A DNA stretch of 64,000 bases from Styela clava (GCF_964204865.1 NC_135252.1:15934001-15998000), one strand, 5' to 3'. Positions 1-13,609 are shown, counted from the first letter of the stretch. Translations and numbers: made by a program. Notes: generated from the sequence alone by a model not told the origin.

Positions 1-3000
1 AGATGAACCTTATAATGCAATAATATTTCTCAACTAAGACTAATTTTATTGATATCATTTGTTAAGAGGACATCTCACAATTCAATAACGTTTGGAACCA
101 AATAATGTGAACATACAAGAACTATATCAACAGTGTTCAAACAAAAATCCCTCTCATGATATTTGAATCCCAAAATGCACTAGCTAGTCAAAACTACAGT
201 CCAATTTTGCTTAGGATATAGTCTTGAACTATTTTCAAGTAAGAGACAATATCATGGCAGATCAAAACGCTCAAGATACAGTATGTAATGTTTGGTTGTT
301 AGACTTGTGAGTATAGCAACTCTCTTTTGATATCATATCAAATGGGTCTGAAATAATATTTCGTGCAAAATCACTACAAGCAAATGTGTACATTTTATAG
401 GCTGCGCCCTGTAACAAATGTAATTGGCTTTGAAGATAATGCTATTATTACATTTACCTTTTGCATCCATAAAAAACATATCCTCTTTATTTTCAGCATC
501 TTTATTCAAATTCTGTTTCGATTTCAAAGCTAATTCTGCCAAATCCTCATACTCTAATGATGATGAAAATTAGATAAACAAGTTAAGAAAGTAGGTTATT
601 AAGTTACCTGCAATTTAACTAGGGATGTCTAAAATGAATCGAATGACTAAAACAACTAAAAAATGACCATAAAAAGAGAACATCAATGAATACGATGTTA
701 CATAAAAACTTTACAGTGATCGTTACATTACAGCAATCATGCACTAAACATTACAGTGGTTTAAAAAAATTTCTGCAATGAACGTTCCGATTTCGGATTT
801 TAGAATATATTTGATAATCCATATTCAAATATATTATTTCAGAATGCATTCGGAATGGTAACTACTTGTTTTTGGCCATTCCTGGAGTCAACTACGATCG
901 ATTTTCCATTCAGTCATAGATAATATTGGATTTTCCATTCAGTCATAGATAATATTGAAGGACAAATATTAAAAATTAAGTTTTACCTATGTCACTGTCA
1001 GATGCGTCATCATCGGAATGAAAGTTTTCTCCTATGTTTGTCAAAACATCTGTGACATCCTCAGCCCCTTCAGCAATGTCATTGAAATTTTTTCTGTGTG
1101 AAGTGATGAAATAATTTTATGAAAAACAATATGGATATAATTTGCATATTTTCACCTGCAGTGAGGCTAACTCTGGAAAGTTTGAAAAAAAATTCATAAT
1201 ATCTGTGAATGACTGATTTTTCACATTTACAACAAGAAAGACAGCAGCAAGGGCTACTACGCATCACACACATACATGTTGGATATGATACATTCTCATA
1301 TATTCATTCACATTGTATTTGTTACCCTAATTTCTTCCCCATAATCTCACTTCAGATTCGGAAACTTGAAACTCGAAAGCTTGCGAAGCTTTTTGGATAT
1401 CTTGAATGACAAGAAGCTATATTTTATTATACTTTCACTCTTACTTGTTGGCTTCTTGAGATACTGATTTGTCATGTGTTGTAGGAAGTAATGGTAATAC
1501 AATCTGATATCCTTCAGCTGTTGTTCCAATTATTCGCTCTTCCACCTACAAATAGGTTATAAGAAATACTTTCTAAGAAACAAACAATAACGGGAAGTTA
1601 AGGTACGACATTTTTCAAAATTGGAAAAGATTATATTCTGGCTGCTGTTATTTCACATTATGGGCAAAAAAATTGAGTCAGGAATGAAGTACAATTTATA
1701 CCATACCACCATAGGGCTTGCGTCTTCTTTTGTTACTGAAACATCATCATCATTTTGGTGGGGAGTATCATCATTAGAAGCTTCTCTCTCTTCTTCTTCA
1801 TCGTCCGAAATAATATCACCTTCCATACTATCGCCATCCTCAGTACTATTGTTTTCTTCTGGCATGAGATTACTAGAAATTTCATCAATTTTTAAATTGT
1901 CAGTTTGTAATGCAATGAATTGATCTGGCTTTTGCTTCTTTGAAAGTGGCTTTTTCTGCATCAAGTTCTTTGTCGCTGTTTCTAATCTCATTTGTAGTTC
2001 GTTATCTTGCTTCACATCTGGCAAAAAACATAAAATTCAGAGTAGTCAGAGAAAATTTATGATCATTCTTAGTTCTTACAAGAGCTTGAGCTGAACATCA
2101 CACAATGTATTGACCAGTTTCTGCTAAATTCAATGGAATTTCATTCAGATATTCAAATGATTAATTTTATTATATGAAATACGGTATATGCTATTTTGAC
2201 CAGAGCTGACCATTGCTACATATACATGTGGTTTACAAAAATCAGCACCTTGAAATTTAAACTGGATATTGAATCACATTATAAACACAAAAATGAAGAT
2301 GTAAAAGAATGTTGCAAAATAGACTAAAATAAATATGAGCGCACACATATTTAGGTATAGTGCATAGAATCTTCTTATATACGGTAACTTAAGGCAATAC
2401 AGACTATATAAAATATATCACCTCCAACATCATTTAATGGTGGTTCACATTCTTCAATCGTTTTAGATGATGGTTTGTTGGTTCTTTCAAGATTGAAAGT
2501 GGATACTTTATACTTGATATCAGACATTCTGGAAACACAAGAAAATAATTTTTGCTGCCGAATCAGATTTTATATCAAATGTACCGTAATTAATAGTGGG
2601 TGATATCAAAATTAAAGAGCTAATCAATTCTTCAAAAAGGCTACAAAAAATTATGAGCCATCAATAACAATTTGATTGCTACATTAAAATTACATACTTT
2701 AAAATGTGTTGAAAAAATTAAAATGAACTGTAATCTAATATCAAGCACATACATTTATATAACGAGTTATGTGTTAGTGTTACACATTATTCATGTGATT
2801 CCGATGATTAACCTGGAAGGCTATCGATTATAGTCCCGAAACTACGGGTGAAAGTGGCGATCCCACCGAAAGTTGATGAAAGAATAAAATGAGCTATTAA
2901 GATTTTGTCAAACATTTCTAAAACATATTCCTCCACCTCCACTAAAAGAATTCAATTTTTATTTAAGTTCAAATTATTTTACTTGAAAGCTAAAGGCTGA

Positions 3001-4468
3001 TGATGAGTGAAATTGAAGAGAAAAACCACAAAAACGAAGTTGATCAAACCACATTATTAACAATTCTAACTACCTGGTTTGAATAAAAGTTGCAGAACCA
3101 ATCCGAATAATTGCTCTTTGCGTCAACGGTAAATCAGAATTCATTAAAGACTGCGGACATGATTTTGAATCAGAGTTCAAAAGTGCTTTAAATACATCGT
3201 CAGGCTTCAGATCCTGTAATGAGAAATAGACAAAACAATGGAAGACAAATTCAAAACTTACAGTCTGGTAGGGCCTATCAAAATTACACTTGGCATGATG
3301 ATCAGTGTCAAACTAAGGTGAACAAATAACTCATTCGACTGAACAAAAATTTTATAAATAGAAAAAAATGTTGATATCAAAAAATGTAACAATGCTAAAT
3401 AGTGTACCTTGATAACGTCAATTTCTTCAATTAGTCTTTCAGCTCTTCTTTTGTTTTTTGACAATTGCATCTCATTTCCCCTAGAAATAATAAGAACATT
3501 TTATTGCCAATTTAGCAACATGATACATGTCCATAGTACATGGTGCTAGTTTGCATTTCACAACTCAGTGGCACTCACATGAGTACCGATGAGTACTAGT
3601 CCATTACACACTATTAAATGTTAAAGTGAGACTTGTTTAAGTTCGAGCCAATACGATAAGAAGTCAGCTCAGGTAGAATATTACACAGAACTGAAGTTCA
3701 GGAAAAAGATTTCTGGCATTTTTGACTAGACTCCGACTAGAAGATGCTAGAGAGATCTTGCAGCCAGCATGTGAAGACAACAGAAAATTTTTTTGAAGGA
3801 AGCAAGTTTCGAAAGATTAAAAGAAGTACCATTTGGGTGTCATATGCAATCAACATTGAACATAAACACTGTTGGGAATGATGAAATGAAAATTTTCAAT
3901 TCAAATCAAAGTAATGAACCAATGCTGTTTAGTGATTCTATAATCGGTACATAAAAAATTGATGATGACAATGTTGTTTCTTCAAATTTTAAATCAAAAT
4001 ATAAATTAAAAATATAAAATTAGATTGAATAAAGTTAAGTTATCATAGTATTGGGTGATATGAAATAAACTATCATTACTCTCATTCCTTACTTTTTATT
4101 GCGAAGATTCCGAACATTCCGAACAAGTTTTGTAATTGCCCATATCTTCCCTCGTTTGATTTCCTTTCTCATTTTTATCATCTAAAAGAAGTTGAATAAT
4201 ATTCATATTTTAGACTCCATAAACTTTGAGATACTTTTGTTGTGTATTTAAATGCAAATTGACAGTAAACTTTATCTTATTCAGCAGGTGAAATATTTAT
4301 GTCAATGTTGATATATTTTTGGTGCCAGATTTCCGTACCTCAAAAGAGAGAGAGAGAGGAAGATCGAAATATATGTGACACACAATTCTGCATTATTAAA
4401 ATGTCATTTATTCTCACTCATATTATTTAGGCACTCACCTCATTGTTGATATCACAGGTCGATTCCAT
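1..4468 (-). CDS. SRFBP1: Serum response factor-binding protein 1 (BUD22 family), multi-exon, 3' end outside window
   Basis: Exons joined with GT-AG sites and consistent phases (approx. 4468-4439, 4181-4093, 3480-3408, 3213-3074, 2528-2422, 2017-1707, 1544-1445, 1093-988, 553-457) give MESTCDINNE-MIKMRKEIKRGKIWAITKLVRNVRNLRNKKGNEMQLSKNKRRAERLIEEIDVIK-DLKPDDVFKALL...TQRAIIRIG. This matches the recalled SRFBP1 N-terminus (LNNEVVKMRKEVKR...KNQRRAQRLLEEI...ELKPD...TERAIARL) and is followed by an acidic low-complexity middle. Confidence 0.88.
900..957. repeat. 29-bp direct tandem duplication in SRFBP1 intron
   Basis: GATTTTCCATTCAGTCATAGATAATATTG occurs twice head to tail. Confidence 0.85.
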
Positions 4469-4768
4469 AGGTCTGGTAGGTCCAGGATACGAACGTCTGA
4501 ACGTAGTTAATGATATTAGAACAGCACTTTTACAGTTTTAGGAAGTTGTAGCTTAATTATCCAATTACGTACTGAATTATCGAAAAGATATCATGACTAA
4601 TGAAATTGAGTTCAGATACTGAAGTACAGTATATTTTGACAATTTTGTGTCTATACAACCATAATCCAGTAATCAGCATAACAGTCAATAAAATAAATGA
4701 TAAAAACAAACAAATTACAGTATAAAATATGAAGAGGATCAGAAATATGGCAGAATTATAAGAGTACC

Positions 4769-5129
4769 GGCGCGGCGGTGTGTCTCAACGGGCTAAGAGT
4801 TAGGAATACGCTCGCCACCGCACCTCTAATTACTCTGCGTGGGTTCGCAGGTTCGAATCCCATGCAGGGATGGTTATGTGCGAGAGGATTGCTGGACTCC
4901 TCGCCGTCGTTGGGTGGTTCACGTAACCGCTGGTCGGTTACCTACGGCTTCCTCCACCACCAAGTCCATGCTTCCGAAAACAAACAATATACGGTACCGG
5001 TACGGTACCTAATCCCATACCCGACTTGGAATGGTAACCGAACGAAAGGCGGTGGTTCGCCATATGAATAGGCCGTCTTATCGTCTTTCCTCTCCCCTAG
5101 GATAAATATGTAAATCCTATCCTATCCTA
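4769..5129 (+). mobile_element. tRNA-derived SINE, family A, full-length copy 1
   Basis: A-box-like TGTCTCAACGGG, B-box GGTTCGAATCCC, body shared with other copies in the window, (ATCCT)n tail. Confidence 0.85.
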
Positions 5130-5329
5130 CCGGTACCGTACCGGTAAGCCGTACCCAACATCTTTAGTACAGTAACATCAGTCCTGCACCTGAAGTCTGC
5201 TAGAAGAAGTTACGGTAGCCTAACCATTTTAAAGTACAGAAGTGTGATATCCCAAAATAGAGATACACTACATTACAAAGCAAACGGTGAAACCAAATTA
5301 CGGTCCTTCAACAAGTCGTAATTACACGT

Positions 5330-5560
5330 CCCAGACACGAAACAGGTACGGCAAACGACAAATGCAAGCTTCAAGCATGGCGCTCAGCGAGCATGTTGAT
5401 ATTTTTTTCAAAGCACCGACTTCCTTGTTTACTTCCGTGATATTGAAAAATGAGCAAAATGTCAAAGGTAACGTAACAATCGATTTTTTTTACTCGGAGC
5501 GATTTTTAGTCGTGATTACAGAGATAACATACAGGTCAAGACCGCAATGATCGTGGTTTT
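5330..5560 (-). promoter_or_regulatory. Putative SRFBP1 promoter (locally CpG-rich, ETS-like ACTTCC motifs)
   Basis: CpG density above flanks; GACTTCCT and ACTTCCGT at about 5418-5438; about 0.9 kb upstream of the SRFBP1 ATG. Confidence 0.4.
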
Positions 5561-5634
5561 GCTAGCTACGGTATTTTTCAGTTCTTAGTTTTTGAAATTT
5601 AGGTATACACCATTGGATTTTAGTTTAGTTGCAG

Positions 5635-5740
5635 TACCGTGTTTCCCGAAAATAAGACTGGGTCTTTTTTTTCAATTTTCTACCGAAAAATAACACTGGG
5701 GCTTATTTTCGGGGGATGTCTTATATATTTATTTATCAAA
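5635..5740 (+). mobile_element. Tc2/pogo-like (TcMar) non-autonomous element end
   Basis: TA followed by CCGTGTTTCCCGAAAATAAGACTGGGTC...GGGCTTATTTTCGGGGGATGTCTTAT; partner end not found. Confidence 0.6.
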
Positions 5741-6015
5741 AGCGAACTTACAAGTAGAGAATTACTAGATTTTCAAATGTACAAAATATGAAAACCGATA
5801 TCCCTTTTTCTATAAATAACACGTTTTTATTAAAATAACTGCAAAACGTAGATTATCAATCATTTAAATATCCCATATTTACGTCTAGATCAAATACTGG
5901 TAACTTCATAGTCATTTTGTCTAACGGTTTCATTTTTAAAAGCACTAATACCGTTAGCGAATTTATTCTGGCTGCTTTTTCGGGACCCAATTTTAATTAA
6001 TATACCGGTACTAGT

Positions 6016-6120
6016 ACAGTGTTTCCCCGAAAATAAGACCTACCCTGTAAATAAGACCTAGCCTGAATTTTAAAAATGATTCTAATATAAGCCCTCCTCC
6101 CCTTAAAATAAGACCTAGTC
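6016..6120 (+). mobile_element. Tc2/pogo-like element end (second, truncated copy)
   Basis: TA-CAGTGTTTCCCCGAAAATAAGACC with subterminal AAATAAGACC repeats; near-identical terminus to the 5635 copy. Confidence 0.6.
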
Positions 6121-6461
6121 AATAACGCGAATATTTTTTTGATTTAGTCGATAGCCATCTTTCCTACACGTTTTAAATATGGGATGGCATGGAACCAAAA
6201 CGACCAGCAAAACCAGTCTATGATTACAACCATGCCTTGAACTCAGTCTGAGACTCTTGAGTAGCTGCTAAAATTGAAATTGTCCCCAGAACCAAAATAT
6301 CGCACAAGCGCTACCGGTATACGGTATACATTAACGCTAAACGCTGTAATCAAATATTTGTGCTGTTTACTGTGCATTCGGTAAACGTTCAGAAACGCGA
6401 TGTAGACTCCCTTAACTTGAAATTTCACGTTATCAACAGGACCGAAGTACGACCAATAATT

Positions 6462-7258
6462 CCGAGTGGTCCAAGGTTGCGAGGTTGAAGGGCCGCAAAA
6501 ACTTTTGAGGAGGTCTCGCGGGCCGCTGTCGGAGAGAACCCAAAAGTGATCAAAACGTCGCGATTTAATCACTTTAAATATATTTAGAAATATGATTTTA
6601 TCGTTCTAATCAGTTTTTTCAAGGAAACTATATAAAACCTTTAGTTATTTTAAAATTGCTTTCTGAGAAATATCTTGGTACTTTCAGTATCTTTTCTACA
6701 CTCGTTGTATGATGATTGATGATTACTTGTAACGTGAGCAGGCTTAGTGTTACGGTCAAAAAGAAACCAAGTCCGTCTAAGTTGGGACCTCAAACCCAGG
6801 TAATAAGAAAGCTGGATCGCGCGTCGCTAATTATGTCAGCTCTGCAGTTCGCCACTGCTGTCACATGGCCAACTCTTAAAAATAGAGGACTGTTTTGACT
6901 AAAACAAAGGCACAAAACGTATCTTTAAATGAGGAGTTACTTGACGCGAGCTCATCTCATCGGCTTCGTCCTGTCTGCACAAGACAATTCATTCACCTTT
7001 TACCGACAGGACCCTATTCCCATGTAGGCACCCTCTTAATGTTTATAGACACAACAATGAAATTCCGTGATTTTAACATGCATCAATCCCGACATCGGAA
7101 TTAAGAAAAGGACTATTCTCGGTTGGAATAGTTTAGAAATAAATCCAAATTGTTCTGCTTGTAAATACAAATATCTGCGAATGGTTTAGGAGTGTACTTT
7201 AAAATTGTTCTGCGAGCCGCACGGAATGTGTCGGCGGGCCGCAGTTTGAACCACCCTG
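6462..7258. mobile_element. hAT-type MITE
   Basis: Imperfect TIR CCGAGTGGTCCAA / TTGAACCACCCTG, subterminal GCGGGCCGC motifs at both ends, 8-bp TSD CAATAATT / CAATAAAT. Confidence 0.7.
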
Positions 7259-8313
7259 CAATAAATTAATCTGCAGCAAAAAATGAAAATCCGTAGATAT
7301 AGAAAATAATTAATGCAGTACGAGACATTGATTTAAGTTTCTCTAGCTCATTGAAGGAATATACCTGCATTACTCTGCCATGGACGTTCATCACGGGAGA
7401 GGGGGACCAGAGTGCACATATGGATCGCTATGTTAAAATATTGTTCGTGTTGCGAAGGCTAATTATTTATCCAAAATTTTGCAATTTTATTCAATTCTTG
7501 GCAAGACTTATATGTGGCATCCGTTACAACTATTTAAACGTTCGCGGTTGCGGTACCGTTCCTATTCCTAATTATACGTCTTTATTTGATATGGGACCTT
7601 ATAGTTCAGGAGGAACAAACAATAAGACGCCCCACTTGCCTAATGAAATATCCCATTCTACCTACTTGAACACAAGTGGTAGTTGAAAGCATGACTGTTG
7701 CTAAATTGTCATCAATTCAATCTACCATCCGATTTTTAAATTTTAGGATCCTGCAGGTTGAACTTGAGTACCTTGCCATAACCCTTAAACTGTAAATTAC
7801 ACACAATTTAATTGCACAATATCTACTCAGCGACTCAATTATACACTCACTTGAGGGTGAAAAAGTAAGAAACAAATGACTTTGAAGAATGGAATCAAAA
7901 TGCAAAGAAAAAAAAGATGAACAAACATTGTGAAATAAAGAGAACAACATCATTCCTTCAATGGAGTTCTAATAACACAGTGAATAACATGGGTGCATGA
8001 AAATTATATACAAGAAAAGTAAAAAACAGATATGCAATTGTTTCAAATCTTCCCCACTGCCAAGCATAGGCGTAGAATAGTGGAAGTTTTGTGCGAGATT
8101 ATTATTGTTCTATCTGTGAACTCAGGTCATCATATGTGGCAAGAAAACACACATCACATTCAAGGATCTATCACCAATAAGGAGCTGATAAGTAATTGCA
8201 AAGGTGATCACATCATAATTCCTATAATGTAACGCAACACTTAATGGCCTGACCATCAAGTCTTCTCCGCAGGATACGAGTCCATTTTAAATCTATAATA
8301 GAGGTTGTGGTAC

Positions 8314-8374
8314 GTCATATGATTAAGCCATCTGGCTTTTCTTCCCCCCGGAATAAATGTGTAAATATCCTATC
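8314..8374 (+). mobile_element. SINE family A 3' fragment
   Basis: CATATGATTAAGCC...TTCCCCCCGGAATAAATGTGTAAATATCCTATC matches the 3' end of the full copies. Confidence 0.6.
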
Positions 8375-9145
8375 AGTGGCAAAAAAATTAAATTTAAGCA
8401 TAGATTTTACAGTTACAATACAAAATAATGGCTAATTACTATGAAGTTAATTGAATAAAGAGATACTGCAAAAAACAACAATACACACTCGGGAAAAAAA
8501 AACAATAAAATTATCTTTATACAAATGTAAGAGAAGTATACTTTAAAAAGAATACATTCATTTGATTTACATCCAACATCCCTTGTGAAGCTAACACAAA
8601 TTAATCTCCAAAAACAATGTGGTGTATATGGCATCAAAATTTGAAAGTGTTCAACACCAATTCCACCATAAAACACTTGTCAAGTACAAAGGGTGGCAAC
8701 AGGTGCATTGTACATTGAAAAATATAATACTTTTAAATGATTGATGAATACATAGCTTGTACCTACGGTATATTTAAATGTCCAAAAAATATAATATTTC
8801 GGACTCTAGAAGTTGCGTACTATCTGAGCCCTCATATTTTACAGTATAATGTTTTATTAAAGCTGCTGATAATAGATTTTGCGATTGATCATAGATTCGT
8901 AGCAAAACGTTTCCCCACCAACGAAACTAACACGATAACAGGGGATTTAGTATAGAAAGTATTATAGAATAATACTCCACTAAATATAGAAAATTTACCA
9001 CAATGTGTTTAACAAAATACGTATAGTATCTGTATTCTGTACTATGTGTGGCACATAGCATTGTGCCCATATTCCAAAGCCACTTGGATTCAGTGTGAAT
9101 CCATTTCAGACGATTGGAAAACTAAAGCTCCCGCAATAGTGAAGA

Positions 9146-12100
9146 TTACATGATGGCACAAGATATATTGAAAGCATTACAACAAGAACAAAAACGAGCT
9201 TCTCTAAATTCTCGAGGCGGAATCAAGTCCAATTCCTCATCATCTGGCATTTCATCGAGTCTATATCCATCTTTTTCTAATTGTTTTGTTAATTGCCTAT
9301 TGACTTGATTTGCAGTTGGTCTTGTGTAAGATAAAAATAGGTCATCCTCATCATCGCTGTAGATAAATAAATAATTTAAGAGGGTACCTCATGATAGGAC
9401 TGGGATCTTTACAACTAGAAAACAAGAGCTTTCACACAGTTCAGAGTCCGCAATAAAGTGTTGTGTTAATATTTGCTATATAAAGTCAGCACTTATATAA
9501 GTAAAAGAGGACATAATGTTCACCTTTCACATTGTGCTGAAAGATTGTAAATCTGATTGTTCTTCATGACACAAAATAAAAATGGCTTTAAAATATAACT
9601 TGGCCATTTATATGTAACATTAAGAGAGTATGAAACTGAGATATGACTCCTCGTCGATTATATGTAAAAATATTTTAATAACTGACATACAACAAAAGGG
9701 TTGCCCAAGAGTCACACAATCTGCAACTTTTGACAACAGTCTTGTCCAATTGCTAAAACTACATTTTAACTAAAATGAATGACTTATACCAAGAGAATAA
9801 CATATTTATTAAAGGCTATATGAACAGAACTATATGAACATTGAACACCCTGTACAATTTACACTTCAAAGGAAATAAAAAACTCTTTCGAAAGATTTGA
9901 GATTACAAGTAAATCGATTAGCATTAACTAAACACTGTAAAAAATTCTGAATTCGCTTAGATGTGTGAATATGAATTTTTGATTAAATTAATAGGAATTA
10001 TAAAGTTTTGATCAGATCCACTGAAGAGTTACATGACATTTAATATGACATTATATCAAACTCTATAACAAATATATTTTATCAAATTGTTAATAGCTTT
10101 CGTCTAAACATACCTGTCAGACTCCAATTTTAATAATGGTGAATTATCTAATCTTTGGTATTTCCCTGAATTTGGAACTTGCAACCTGCGATGAATAAAT
10201 ATTGGATGGGATAATCAGGAGGAAAAGATAAGCACAGGCATAAAAATTATATATGTTTTAATATACTACAAATGGTCTTTTTTCCGCTTCAAAGAAATTA
10301 TAAAATTAAATAAATTTGAATACTTGCAAATAGAAATTGAACCTTTATTGTTAGAGATAATAATCCATAAAAACGTTGCATGGCCTAACAATAAAACATT
10401 TGAGCACGGTAAGGTTGTCACAAATTACCAAACCTCCCTCTCTAAGGCTTCTGATCACCAAAAGCAAAATTACATTGAACGTGCATTCATTCCAATTCAT
10501 ATCAAACAAACATTAAAGCCCTAATTTCATGACTTTTAGAAGCCATCCGTTTCCAAATACTTCATACAATTACCATATACATTTGTACTACTGCAGATTA
10601 CAGCAATACACAACCTGCCATTTTGTGCGTGTTGTATTAATAGACTTGGGGATAACAGATAACTTACACCCCACTCCATGTTTAATATTTGGAGAAGCTT
10701 TCAATAAATTACAATACTTGGAAGAATATGCAGACCAGAGTTCAAAAGTGTTAAAAACCATTTTATATTCTGGGCTCTGTCTACTATTAGACCAGAGTAA
10801 TTACATGTAAACTTGCATCATATGAAGCATATAAATACCATCAAAACATTTTCAAAATCAATAAAAGTTCTGAGTCATGAGATCAATATTCAAGTACTAT
10901 TGATATGACTTCCTTTACAGACAAGAATCACATTATTACTTACGGTATATTTCAAGACGACAATAATTAAAAATAAATATTAATAGATAAAAATATTTAA
11001 TTCGTCTGTCGGTTTGGGTTTGTTATTAGTTTCGTGTTTCGATTGAAACAAAAGAAACCTATTCAAAAATATTAAGATGGATCTTGAAAATAAAAAGCAG
11101 AAAGAGTAAACAATTTGCCTATAACATACATCCTCAATTTATAGTATACTATAAGATCCTTGACATCAGGCATTAAATTTTCGACTATTATCGCGAAACT
11201 TGCATGCCTGTGATAAACCAACCCCAAAAATATGAGAAATTGAACTGACCTGGCAACAGACATTAGACTTGTTTTCTTTGGTTCTTTCGTTACAGTGACC
11301 GTCATACTTGCTTTTGCAAAAGGCTTGCGTTCTTTTCTTGTCTTATTTGACTGATATCTGAAAACAAAATTTATGCTTTGAAGCTCATATTTTTGATTAT
11401 TTTCAAATCATATAAAACTATTCTTAAAATCAACAATGTAAACAACAGGATACAATTAAAATCAAATCGACCAATCATACAATTTATTTCAGGCATCCTT
11501 GGTTCAAACATTTCTAATTGTTCACAAATTAATATGACACTTCTCTACGTAACCTACTATTTTGAAAGCTGAGAAAATTCCAATCCCAACTTCACAACAA
11601 ATTTAATTGGGCCAAAGCCGAGCATATTAATATTTGAGCCTTCTCAAAAATCCTTGTCATTTGAGTGATGATCTCTACTAATCTCTCAAGGCAATAAATA
11701 TACTTGGTTCCAAACGGCCAATTAACGCTGGGATGAAAAATTGAATAATTTTTCATAGTCAATTACTTGGTTAGATTATATAACGTATTTTCACTTCCAC
11801 AATGTAGTATTCATGTGTATATACAGTATCTATAATGTGGGAATGAACAAGTGTAGGCCTATACGTGTTTAATACATGTCCAAGGGAAAAGCAGATAATC
11901 CTTATGATAATTAAACTCCCGGAAACTTTTTACAACATACTTTTCTAACTTATCTACAGCGCTTGAGAAGCAGAGCAAAATAATTTGATATTTACGAAAA
12001 TACAAACCTTGCCGTCAATGGATGACTTTCATTTGAACTCTGAAAGGTGAAAAGAGTTAATTAAATCATGTATATTAATATCTACTTAACACTTATACAA

Positions 12101-12966
12101 ATGTTTTATGAAGTAAATATAAGATTTAAGGTATAACAAATTTTAGTGAAGTAGTTTGTGATGATTAAAGATGATTTAGAAGAAAAAAACACAGTATGGT
12201 AATGGGGTAATTATATTTCTAAATAGAATTGTCTAAAATTCAAGTGCCTTCCTAGTGCCAAAGACAACCAGGTACAGTACACTCATTCAAACATTGGTTA
12301 CGAATATAAGGCGCGGCGGTATGGCTCATCGTGCTAAGGGTTAGGAATTCACTCGCCACCGCATCTCTGACTACTCTGCATGGGTTTGCAGGTTTGAATC
12401 CCATGCAGGGATAGTTATGTGCGAGAGGAGTGCTGGACTCCTCGCCGTCACGTAACCGCTGGTCGGTTATGGCTTCCTCCACTATCAAGTCCATGCTTTC
12501 GAAAAAAATAGCTAACTAAGTCCATACCCGACATGGACTGGTAACCGGACGAGAGGCCGTGGTTCGCCATATGACAGTATGATTAAGCCGTCTTATCGGT
12601 TTTTCTCTTCCCCGGGATAAATATGTAAATCCTATCCTACATGTGACCTATACCAGTATACAGACATAAGAACTGATTTTATGAAAGAATATTAGATCAT
12701 TGTCAGATTGTGTTACACTACAGTTGGTTAGGAAATTAGGACCACATTCTGACATCAGGATGTTACAATTGTCTATAGGCCTAGTCAGATCTGCAGATAG
12801 TGATGAAAGCAAAACTTTTTTCTTGCTTTACTTGTATTTTGGGTTCACGATATCCTCTATCCTACAATTATATCGGCACACCCCTCTACCCCAGCAACCT
12901 CAAATATGGTAATAAAGTACTCACATTTAAAGACAGTTTTTCATTTTCTTCTGTGTCATTATCCAT
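9146..12966 (-). CDS. FAM219A: FAM219 family protein (FAM219A/B-like), 5 coding exons
   Basis: Exons approx. 12966-12925, 12039-12008, 11357-11250, 10185-10114, 9356-9146 give ...EPKKTSLMSVAR-LQVPNSGKYQRLDNSPLLKLESDS-DDEDD...QLEKDGYRLDEMPDDEELDLIPPR...CSCC...CAIM*. This matches the FAM219 signature KDGYRLDEIPDDEDLDLIPP and the Cys-rich CaaX tail. A/B paralogue assignment is not resolvable. Confidence 0.88.
12310..12639 (+). mobile_element. tRNA-derived SINE family A copy 2 (FAM219 intron 1)
   Basis: TGGCTCATCGTG A box, GGTTTGAATCCC B box, shared body, ATCCT tail. Confidence 0.85.
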
Positions 12967-13352
12967 TATACTTGTATACAGGAATACCTAGTCTTCTCAG
13001 CGCTGATGTGCTTGAAATTTCTACGGTATCTGGGTATAGATACTCTTAATACACTTACAAAACCGTATCAGTAATCACCAACAGCGGTTAGCGCAGAAGA
13101 AAACAAGTCAGAACTAACGACTCGAACAAACAAGACTCCAGACAACTCAATCTCAACGAAAATACTTCGTAATCTTATGATATCACGCGGATAGTTGTTG
13201 CATTACGTCACAGACATAGGCTGATGATCATTGATGTTTTAAAATAAATATGATTTGGGGGGGATTTCCGAATGGGAGTTATTCTGGGCCAGAGAGCTAA
13301 ATATTTTCAGTTCAGTGTTCTGGGCAGGCTCTGTAGTTCCCAGAAATATATT

Positions 13353-13609
13353 ATGCAGGGATGGTTATGTGCGAGAGGATTGCTGGACTCCTCGCCGTCG
13401 TTGGGTGGTTCACGTAACCGCTGGTCGGTTACGGCTTCCTCCACCACCAAGTCCATGCTTTCGAAAACAAACAATACAGTAAAACTAATCCCATACCCGA
13501 CTTGGAATGGTAACCGGACGAGAGGCCGTGGTTCGCCATATGGATAAGCCGTCTTATCGGCTTTCCTCTCCCCCGGGATAAATATGTAAATCCTATCCTA
13601 TCCTATCCT
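13353..13609 (+). mobile_element. SINE family A copy 3, 5'-truncated
   Basis: Starts after the B box (ATGCAGGGATGG...), near-identical body, about four ATCCT tail units. Confidence 0.85.

Noticed and set aside
1350-1405. Possible extra SRFBP1 cassette exon (AAG acceptor, GTGAG donor)
   Set aside because: It introduces a stop in the required phase, and the flanking exons already join in frame.
4769-4865. Possible tRNA gene (A box, GGTTCGAATCCC)
   Set aside because: No clean cloverleaf, and it continues into a repeated 250-bp body with a tandem tail, so it is a SINE head; the same applies to 12310 and 54170.
4778-5071. Similar short ORFs (MQGWLCARGLLDSSPSLGG...) at 4778, 13272 and antisense at 12252, 50848 that look like a peptide family
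   Set aside because: They are translations of the SINE copies, with frames broken differently in each copy.
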